Part shown: positions 16,579 through 22,981 of the stretch, piece by piece
How positions within the stretch are numbered: position 1 is the first letter of the stretch
How the letters are laid out: each line of letters opens with the position of its first letter
DNA from: Breznakia sp. PF5-3
GTDB taxonomy: Bacteria; Bacillota_I; Bacilli_A; Erysipelotrichales; Erysipelotrichaceae
Direction: 5' to 3'
DNA: 32,000 nucleotides
Assembly (NCBI RefSeq): GCF_029504745.1
Contig: NZ_JAQFIQ010000005.1
Span: forward strand, 39,278-71,277
Position numbers and translations under genes: made by a program
The notes under the pieces: generated by a model
Told to the model about the DNA's origin: nothing
What the model saw: the letters and a program-made list of their open reading frames with translations, nothing else
The model's database searches: none

Positions 16579-16587
16579 ATTATAGCA
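16579..16587 (-). promoter_or_regulatory. Extended -10 promoter (TGCTATAAT) for the riboswitch transcript
   Basis: The minus strand reads TGCTATAAT about 65 nt upstream of riboswitch P1. I found no good -35. Confidence 0.4.
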
Positions 16588-16716
16588 TTATTTCATGCTT
16601 ATGATTTACTTGAAATTAAGATTATTTCATCATTATCAAATAATCTTGTAAGTATAACATTTGGTTATCACAAGACGATTGATTATACTAAAATAGAAAT
16701 ATATGGAGGTAATCAC

Positions 16717-17688
16717 ATGAAAGCAATTGTTGTAAATGAGTTTGGGGATGAACATGTTCTTCAGTATACGGATATACCTATTCCCACTCCAAACGAAGGA
16801 CAAGTACGAATAAAAGTAGCTGCCATCGGTGTGAATCCTGTAGAAACCTATATTCGCAGTGGACACTATACACGCCTTCCTAAGCTACCTTATACCCCTG
16901 GAAATGATGCTGCAGGAATCGTAGATGAAATCGGTTCTAATGTATTCCATTTAAAAAAAGGACAACGTGTATATGTTGCTGCAATCTTAGCGATAGTAAA
17001 TAGTGGAACCTATGCTGAATATGTAGTTTGTGATGCAGATGCTGTTCACCCATTATCTGATACACTATCTTTTTCACAAGGTGCAGCAATTGGCACCCCT
17101 GGATTAGCAGCTGCTTACGCACTGTATGAGCGAGCACAGATCAAAGCAAAAGAAAAAGTCCTTATTCATGGAGCAAGTGGTGGAGTTGGTTCCTTTGCTG
17201 TACAGTTAGCAAAACAAGAAAATGCTATTGTCTATGGTAGTGCAGGAAATGAAGAAGGATTAAACTACATTCAATCCTTAGGTGCTGATTATACATTTAA
17301 TCATCATGATAAAGACTATATAGATAAAATTAAAGAACTTACAGATACTGGACTAAATACGATTATTGAAATGGCTGCAGATAAAAACCTTATGAAAGAT
17401 ACAACCATACTAGATACATTTGGGAAAATTGTTGTAGTTGGTAGTCGTGGTCCTTTAGAATTTAATCCTCGAAGTTTAATGAGTAAAAATCTTCAAGTAC
17501 TTGGAATGAATCTGATTAACACAGATAAGCAAACATATCTTTCATTGCTTAAAAAAATAAATCATGCAATTACTCTAGGAATGAATATTCTGGTAGAAGA
17601 AACACTACCTTTATCACAAGCATCACAAGCACATAAAGAAATTATTGATGGGGTAAAAAAAGGTAAAATCATATTAAAAACTATTTAA
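16717..17688 (+). CDS. NADPH:quinone oxidoreductase / zeta-crystallin-like MDR family oxidoreductase
   Basis: MKAIVVNEFGDEHVLQY..., the PYTPGNDAAG motif and the Rossmann motif GASGGVGSFAVQLAK. I start at ATG 16717 (RBS GGAGGT 7 nt upstream). The track's upstream extension from 16567 covers promoter DNA. Confidence 0.85.
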   Translation: MKAIVVNEFGDEHVLQYTDIPIPTPNEGQVRIKVAAIGVNPVETYIRSGHYTRLPKLPYTPGNDAAGIVDEIGSNVFHLKKGQRVYVAAILAIVNSGTYAEYVVCDADAVHPLSDTLSFSQGAAIGTPGLAAAYALYERAQIKAKEKVLIHGASGGVGSFAVQLAKQENAIVYGSAGNEEGLNYIQSLGADYTFNHHDKDYIDKIKELTDTGLNTIIEMAADKNLMKDTTILDTFGKIVVVGSRGPLEFNPRSLMSKNLQVLGMNLINTDKQTYLSLLKKINHAITLGMNILVEETLPLSQASQAHKEIIDGVKKGKIILKTI

Positions 17689-17756
17689 AGAATAAAATTT
17701 TACGTAGTGATATCTTTTGAAAAATGGTAAAATATTACATTATAAGGAGTAATATC

Positions 17757-18740
17757 ATGAAAATAAAAGTTGGAATCGTAGGATATGGAAATTTGGGTAA
17801 AGGTGTAGAAAGTGCACTTACTCATAGCAATGATATGGAATTGGTTGGTGTGTTTACACGCAGAGAACCAAATACATTAAAAACAATTACAGATGTTCCT
17901 GTATACAAATTAGATGATGCATATACAATGAAAGATAACATTGATGTTATGATTTTATGTGGTGGAAGTGCAAATGATTTACCTACCCAAACAGTAGCTT
18001 TCGCAGAACATTTTAATGTAATTGATAGTTTTGATACACATGCGAAAATCCCCGAACATTTTGAAAAAGTAAATAATGCAAGTAATAAAAACCAAATGAT
18101 AAGCATTATCTCTGTAGGATGGGATCCAGGACTATTCTCTTTGAATCGTCTTTATGGACAAGCTGTCTTACCGCAAGGAGAAGATTATACTTTCTGGGGA
18201 AAAGGTGTCAGTCAAGGACATTCAGATGCAATTCGTAGAATTGATGGCGTATTGGATGCTAGACAATATACTATACCTATAGAAGATGCACTAACAAAGA
18301 TTCGTAATGGAGAAACACCTACTCTAACAACACGTCAAAAGCATTTACGAGAATGCTTTGTTGTTGCGAAAGAAGATGCTGATTTAAACAGTATTGAAGA
18401 AACTATTAAAACCATGCCAAATTATTTCGCTGACTATGATACAACAGTAAATTTTATCAGCAAAGAAGAGTTAGAAAAAAATCATCGTGGTATCCCTCAT
18501 GGTGGTGTTGTATTCAGAAGTGGAAAAACTGGTTTTGATTTAGAAAACAAAAATATTATTGAATACCACTTAAATTTAGATTCAAACCCTGAATTCACTT
18601 CTAGTGTTTTGGTTGCCTATGCAAGAGCAGCCTATCGTTTACACCAAGAAGGACAATTTGGATGTAAAACCGTATTTGATATAGCTCCTGCTTATCTACA
18701 TGAAAAAGATGGAGCGACACTAAGAAAAGAATTACTATAA
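17757..18740 (+). CDS. ddh: meso-Diaminopimelate D-dehydrogenase
   Basis: MKIKVGIVGYGNLGKGVE, SVGWDPGLFS, FWGKGVSQGHSDAIRRI and ECFVV motifs are collinear with Corynebacterium-type Ddh from memory. Start at ATG 17757 (RBS AAGGAG). Confidence 0.9.
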   Translation: MKIKVGIVGYGNLGKGVESALTHSNDMELVGVFTRREPNTLKTITDVPVYKLDDAYTMKDNIDVMILCGGSANDLPTQTVAFAEHFNVIDSFDTHAKIPEHFEKVNNASNKNQMISIISVGWDPGLFSLNRLYGQAVLPQGEDYTFWGKGVSQGHSDAIRRIDGVLDARQYTIPIEDALTKIRNGETPTLTTRQKHLRECFVVAKEDADLNSIEETIKTMPNYFADYDTTVNFISKEELEKNHRGIPHGGVVFRSGKTGFDLENKNIIEYHLNLDSNPEFTSSVLVAYARAAYRLHQEGQFGCKTVFDIAPAYLHEKDGATLRKELL

Positions 18741-18753
18741 CACAATAACAAAA

Positions 18754-18789
18754 AAAGGATGCGATTTCTGATGAATCACATCCTTTTTA
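18754..18789. terminator. Bidirectional terminator between ddh and the small Cys-rich ORF
   Basis: 13-bp stem AAAGGATGCGATT / AATCACATCCTTT (one mismatch) with a 7-nt loop. T-runs are present on both strands. Confidence 0.6.
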
Positions 18790-18811
18790 TAGGCCAAATA
18801 TCTAATACCCC

Positions 18812-19069
18812 TTAAAACCTCAATGTTAAATCGTTACAAATAAATGAACAATGGTTCTCATAGTTTCCATTAAAGCAACAATCTTCTGATACCAACGTCT
18901 CCTTACCAGATATGTACTCTAATCGATAATACCAATTTTCATTTGTTAATGGAATAACAACGTCAAAGTTTACTTTATAAGGTCTTTCGCTTCGCTCAAA
19001 ATCATGAGAACATTTTTTTCTAAAAAGTTCCTTACCAGTACTTTGACAGTAAACTATTAAAGTACCCAT
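18812..19069 (-). CDS. Small Cys-rich hypothetical protein (85 aa)
   Basis: ORF starting MGTLIVY at ATG 19069, with AGGAGG 4 nt upstream and its own TGCTATAAT box. It has 7 Cys (C..C, CC, C...C) and no TM or signal peptide. I recognise no family. Confidence 0.45.
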   Translation of the reverse strand: MGTLIVYCQSTGKELFRKKCSHDFERSERPYKVNFDVVIPLTNENWYYRLEYISGKETLVSEDCCFNGNYENHCSFICNDLTLRF

Positions 19070-19094
19070 ATGACCTCCTATCTCCTCCACTTAA

Positions 19095-19103
19095 ATTATA
19101 GCA
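19095..19103 (-). promoter_or_regulatory. Extended -10 promoter (TGCTATAAT) for the small Cys-rich ORF
   Basis: The minus strand reads TGCTATAAT about 25 nt upstream of ATG 19069. It is preceded by a T-rich tract with no clear -35. Confidence 0.4.
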
Positions 19104-19161
19104 AAAAAAAAGAAGAGAAAAAAGTAGTTTAATATTATTTATAAAAAATAACCAATTGAAA

Positions 19162-19545
19162 CTACTTGTTCGATATAGGTTGCTCTTTTTCTAACATTCT
19201 TTCTTCATATCCATCAATTTTTCCATCTAATCGTTGCAATACTTCTTTCATTTCATTAATTCTTTGTACTAATTTCTCTCTCTCATCAATCAACAATTGT
19301 TTTCTATTCATAATGGTACTTGGACCTTTTTGAAACATATTCACATATTCGATTAAACTTTCAATAGAGAGTCCTGCATTACGCATACACTTGATAAATT
19401 CAACCCAATCACAATCTTCCTCTGTATATCTACGGACTCCTCCTTCATTACGACTTACAGGCGGAATCAAGCCAATACGTTCATAGTAACGTAATGTATC
19501 TTGTGATAATTGATATTTTTTACTTACCTCACCAATACTAAACAT
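19162..19545 (-). CDS. MerR family transcriptional regulator (NmlR/AdhR-like, single conserved Cys)
   Basis: 127 aa. N-terminal wHTH FSIGEVSKKYQLSQDTLRYYERIGLIPP, a C-terminal coiled-coil dimerisation helix, and no metal-binding Cys pair. Cys53 in EFIKCMRNAG resembles the redox/carbonyl-sensing Cys of the NmlR/AdhR group (recollection). Confidence 0.85.
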   Translation of the reverse strand: MFSIGEVSKKYQLSQDTLRYYERIGLIPPVSRNEGGVRRYTEEDCDWVEFIKCMRNAGLSIESLIEYVNMFQKGPSTIMNRKQLLIDEREKLVQRINEMKEVLQRLDGKIDGYEERMLEKEQPISNK

Positions 19546-19585
19546 CTTTTTTCCTCCTTTATAAAATTCTCAAGTTATAATTCAT

Positions 19586-19616
19586 ACTATAACACTTAGA
19601 GTGCACTCTAAGTCAA
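19586..19616 (-). promoter_or_regulatory. MerR-type promoter (TTGACT-19 bp-TATAGT) with a 20-bp perfect palindromic operator
   Basis: The minus strand reads TTGACT (19616..19611), a 19-nt spacer, then TATAGT (19591..19586). The perfect palindrome ACTTAGAGTG/CACTCTAAGT (19594..19613) fills the spacer. Confidence 0.65.
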
Positions 19617-19649
19617 TATTATTTCTATTTTATTCCTCAATCGCTTTAG

Positions 19650-19678
19650 TTGATGTTTCTTTAACAATTCCATATACT
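19650..19678 (+). promoter_or_regulatory. Sigma-A type promoter for the dioxygenase gene
   Basis: TTGATG (19650..19655), a 17-nt spacer, then TATACT (19673..19678). It lies about 20 nt before the RBS GGAGGTG. Confidence 0.5.
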
Positions 19679-19699
19679 TGAGATATTGGAGGTGTTTTT

Positions 19700-20464
19700 A
19701 TGAATAAAATGCCAGTTGTATTTGTTGGTCATGGTTCACCAATGAATGTTATTGAGCACAATCAATTTACGAAAGGATGGCAAAAAATGGCAGAAGCTAT
19801 TCCAAAACCAAAAGCAATTCTTTGTATATCTGCACATTGGTTTTTAGAAGAGAATGCTATTTCAACCACAAAATCGCCAGAAACAATTCACGATTTCTAT
19901 GGTTTTCCTGAAGAACTCTATACCTTGCAATATCCTGCAAAAGGGTCTACTGATGTAGTGAATATAACACAGACATCATTATCTAATCAACTTTTGGAAG
20001 ATTCAAAACGTGGATTAGATCATGGCGCATGGAGTGTGTTACGTTCCATGTATCCAAATGCTGACATCCCTGTAAATCAATTCAGTGTAAATGCTTCTTT
20101 ATCACCAAAGGAATGTTATGATATTGGCACACAATTAAAAAAGCTCAGAGAGAAAGGCATTCTTATTTTGGCTAGTGGCAACATTGTTCATAATCTTGGC
20201 TTGATAAATTGGGATATGAAGGGTGGCTATTCATGGGCTGATGATTTTGATCTATATATTAAAAATGCTATTGTAAATGGTATTCATGAAGATGTCATCA
20301 ACTATACAGAGCACGAAGCTGCAACAAAGGCTTGTTATTACTATGATCATTTCTACCCTTTACTATACGCATTAGGCGCTTGTGATGCAGATGAATCAGT
20401 TAAAATTTATAATGAAGAAAGACTCATGGGTTCTATGTCCATGACATCATATATCATTGGATAA
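19700..20464 (+). CDS. 4,5-DOPA dioxygenase extradiol-like protein (YgiD / LigB class III extradiol dioxygenase family)
   Basis: MPVVFVGHGSPMNVIE..., SAHW, IHDFYGFPEELY, LDHGAWSVL and ASGNIVHNL are collinear with E. coli YgiD from memory. Confidence 0.85.
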   Translation: MNKMPVVFVGHGSPMNVIEHNQFTKGWQKMAEAIPKPKAILCISAHWFLEENAISTTKSPETIHDFYGFPEELYTLQYPAKGSTDVVNITQTSLSNQLLEDSKRGLDHGAWSVLRSMYPNADIPVNQFSVNASLSPKECYDIGTQLKKLREKGILILASGNIVHNLGLINWDMKGGYSWADDFDLYIKNAIVNGIHEDVINYTEHEAATKACYYYDHFYPLLYALGACDADESVKIYNEERLMGSMSMTSYIIG

Positions 20465-20465
20465 G

Positions 20466-20495
20466 AAAAGGAGAAAACAATTGTTCTCTCCTTTT
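20466..20495. terminator. Bidirectional terminator between the dioxygenase and the CHAP hydrolase gene
   Basis: 10-bp stem AGGAGAAAAC / GTTCTCTCCT (one mismatch) with loop AATT, flanked by A-run and T-run. Confidence 0.65.
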
Positions 20496-20500
20496 TTGTT

Positions 20501-21877
20501 TTAAAAATAAATAAATCCTATTGGTGTTCCACGTTGACTCACTAAGCTTGAATATGACAACGTAGCTGTTTGTGTGTATTGAATAGCAGTTGCCAAACTT
20601 GTTCCATACCCTAATCCACCATTTGGTGCATTTACATTACCTTCCGAAATGGTAATCATACCATTGCCATAAGACTCTACAAATGCTACATGTCCATACT
20701 GACCATTCCCCCATACAATAATTGCATTCGTTCGTGGTGATTGGCCAACACTTAAACCTCTTCCTGCTGCTTGCGAATACCAATCAGCAGCATTCCCTGT
20801 TGGCAATAAATTATATAAATGATCTCCATTTACTTCACTCGCTCTACCAAAACAATACCATGTACATTGTCCAGTTAAATTAACAACACTTATTTTATTA
20901 TATGGTGAACTATAATATTTACTATAGAAATTACGTCCCCAGTTTAAACTGCCACCATTATTTCCGCCAGTATTACCTCCTGTATTACCGCCTGTATTGC
21001 CACCAGTATTTCCTCCAGTGTTACCACCAGTATTTCCACCATCATCTGTAACTAATGGCTTTACACTTGGCATTAAGCTTGCCACTTGATTTGCAGCACT
21101 ATCAGATCCACCTTTTTGGGCAATCAATTCATTTTGTCTAGTTTCTAAAGCTGCCAATACTTTTTGGCTCTCTTCCTTCATTACAACTAAATCCTCACGT
21201 TTTTGATCCAATACCGCTTTTTGAGCTTTAATTGTTTCCTTTACTCTTTCAAGATCTTTTTTATCAGTAGCTAAATTTTCTATTTCTTTATTTAATAAAT
21301 CAATTTGTTTATTATCATATTCTGTAATTGTTTCAATACTTTCTGAACGTTGGATAAATTCAACCAATGAATCAGCACCCATAATAAAATCAATATATTC
21401 ATTTGTATTAATTGTTACTTGAAGTTCTCTCATTCGTTCTTTGATTTTTTCTTTACGTGTATCAACTTTACCATCTTGTTCAATAATCTTTTCTTCAATA
21501 ATCTTAATATTTGCTTCACTTTCTGTTAGTGTCGCAGACAATGATGAAATTTCATTATCGATATCTACCACTTGTTGTTCATAATTATATGCTAAATCGC
21601 CAAGCTTTGATAAATCTCCTTGCATTGCATCAATTTCTTTTTGCGTATTTGCTGATTCACTCAACTTCTCGTTTTTCTTGTCTTTTAAATAATCTTGATA
21701 GCGATAACAAGTTTCTCTTGTATTTGCATCAATACCATATTGTGAGCATAAATCAGTCCAATATGCTTCTTTTCCCTCAAACTCTGATGCATTTACATCT
21801 GTTGGTAGCAATATATTAATCATTATTAATATTGCTACACTAAGTAATACAAAGCTTAATTTTTTTATCTTCTTCAT
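20501..21877 (-). CDS. Secreted coiled-coil + CHAP-domain peptidoglycan hydrolase (PcsB/CwlO-like)
   Basis: Signal peptide (MKKIKKLSFVLLSVAILIMINILLPTDVNA), about 230 aa of heptad-rich coiled coil, a (GGNT)6 linker, and a C-terminal CHAP domain (GQCTWYCFGRA ... GHVAFVE). Start ATG 21877 has GAGGTG 6 nt upstream and lies 28 nt after ftsX. Confidence 0.85.
   Translation of the reverse strand: MKKIKKLSFVLLSVAILIMINILLPTDVNASEFEGKEAYWTDLCSQYGIDANTRETCYRYQDYLKDKKNEKLSESANTQKEIDAMQGDLSKLGDLAYNYEQQVVDIDNEISSLSATLTESEANIKIIEEKIIEQDGKVDTRKEKIKERMRELQVTINTNEYIDFIMGADSLVEFIQRSESIETITEYDNKQIDLLNKEIENLATDKKDLERVKETIKAQKAVLDQKREDLVVMKEESQKVLAALETRQNELIAQKGGSDSAANQVASLMPSVKPLVTDDGGNTGGNTGGNTGGNTGGNTGGNTGGNNGGSLNWGRNFYSKYYSSPYNKISVVNLTGQCTWYCFGRASEVNGDHLYNLLPTGNAADWYSQAAGRGLSVGQSPRTNAIIVWGNGQYGHVAFVESYGNGMITISEGNVNAPNGGLGYGTSLATAIQYTQTATLSYSSLVSQRGTPIGFIYF
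20951..21040 (-). repeat. 12-bp coding tandem repeat, (GGNT)x6 + GGNNGG linker
   Basis: The minus strand reads ggtggaaatact / ggtggtaacact / ggaggaaatact / ggtggcaataca / ggcggtaataca / ggaggtaatact / ggcggaaataat ggtggc. The units differ only at synonymous positions. Confidence 0.9.
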
Positions 21878-21905
21878 CCTGAACACCTCGCAAACTAATA
21901 TATGT

Positions 21906-22817
21906 TTACCTTTTAAATTTTAAATTCTTATTAATTGCTAATAAGCTTCCTAATAATCCAACTACAACACCAGCTACCAGTAAAAGAATACTTATTTCAA
22001 TTACAAATGGCATTGGTGCATTCATTTTCAACATTGGAGTAAAGAAATTCCCATTCATTACATCATATAAAAAGCCATAACCAAAGATAGTTACAATAAT
22101 TGGCAGTATAGCCCCAAAGAATCCAATTATCATTCCTTCTAATAGGAAAGGTACTTTAATATATCCATTGCTAGCTCCTACATTTCTCATAATCGCAATT
22201 TCTTCTCTACGATTATATATATTAAGCCTAATTGTGTTAGAAATTAAAAATATCGCTAAAACACAAAGAATCCCTGCTAAAATTCCTCCATATAACCTTA
22301 CTGCTTCAAAAGCACCTATCATTGTTGAAATACTATCTCCACCAAAATTCACATCTAAAATGCCATCAATCTTCTCAATAGATTTAGATACGGATTCTAC
22401 ATATTTCCCTTCTGTTGCATCAATATAATATGCAGCTGGCAAAGGATTTCCACTCTTAAGATGATCCTTATCTTCACTACCATTACCACTTGTCATCATT
22501 TTATCAAGTTCTTCTTTTGAATCAGAAAACTCAACTTTATCAACATGTTTAATCGCTTCGATTTCCTCTTGTATTCTGGCATATTCACCTTCATCTACAA
22601 CAGTATCAATTCGCGCCCAAATTTGTACATTTTTTTCTATGTTTGTTGTAAAATTTCCAATATTAACCGCTACAACTGTAAATAACATCACCAGTATCAA
22701 AGTTACTGTTACTGCAAAAATACTGGATGCAGCATTTCCAAAAGATCTAGTAATATTAATAACTGCTTTTTTTCCATGTGATGGCAAAGATTTTAAAAAG
22801 TTTATCATTTCCAACAT
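21906..22817 (-). CDS. ftsX: Cell-division ABC-transporter-like permease FtsX
   Basis: 303 aa. One N-terminal TM, an extracellular domain of about 100 aa (IWARIDTVVDEGEYARIQEEIEAIKHVDKVEFSDSKEEL), then three C-terminal TMs with the RREEIAIMRNVGASNGYI motif. The start is ATG 22817 or 22808 (AAGGTGGGAG upstream). Confidence 0.9.
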   Translation of the reverse strand: MLEMINFLKSLPSHGKKAVINITRSFGNAASSIFAVTVTLILVMLFTVVAVNIGNFTTNIEKNVQIWARIDTVVDEGEYARIQEEIEAIKHVDKVEFSDSKEELDKMMTSGNGSEDKDHLKSGNPLPAAYYIDATEGKYVESVSKSIEKIDGILDVNFGGDSISTMIGAFEAVRLYGGILAGILCVLAIFLISNTIRLNIYNRREEIAIMRNVGASNGYIKVPFLLEGMIIGFFGAILPIIVTIFGYGFLYDVMNGNFFTPMLKMNAPMPFVIEISILLLVAGVVVGLLGSLLAINKNLKFKR

Positions 22818-22882
22818 CTCCCACCTTTCATCAAATCAGAAAATAAATATTGAAAACCTCTAATCATTTATAACCTCCATAT

Positions 22883-22911
22883 ATTATAGCAAAATTAAAT
22901 ATGCACCTCAA
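22883..22911 (-). promoter_or_regulatory. Promoter for the ftsX-CHAP operon (TTGAGG-17-TGCTATAAT)
   Basis: The minus strand reads TTGAGG (22911..22906) and a 17-nt spacer ending in TGC, then TATAAT (22888..22883). It sits between the ATPase terminator and ftsX. Confidence 0.55.
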
Positions 22912-22960
22912 CTTATAAAATTGTAAAGAATAAAATAATCTATTTGACTATATTAATAAA

Positions 22961-22980
22961 AGCCTGAGATAGTCTCAGAC
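22961..22980 (-). terminator. Terminator after the P-type ATPase gene
   Basis: The minus strand reads GTCTGAGA-cta-TCTCAGGC (one mismatch) immediately after the stop, followed by TTTTATTAAT. Confidence 0.5.
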
Positions 22981-22981
22981 T

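Noticed and set aside
16385-16585. 66-aa plus-strand ORF between the DUF4430 gene and the oxidoreductase
   Set aside because: It lies exactly antisense to the cobalamin riboswitch, and the conserved RNA motifs explain the region. It has no RBS.
16567-16716. N-terminal 50-aa extension of the oxidoreductase ORF in the track (start at 16567)
   Set aside because: The extension covers the divergent promoter region and has no RBS. The family-typical N-terminus MKAIVVNEFG starts at 16717, behind GGAGGT.
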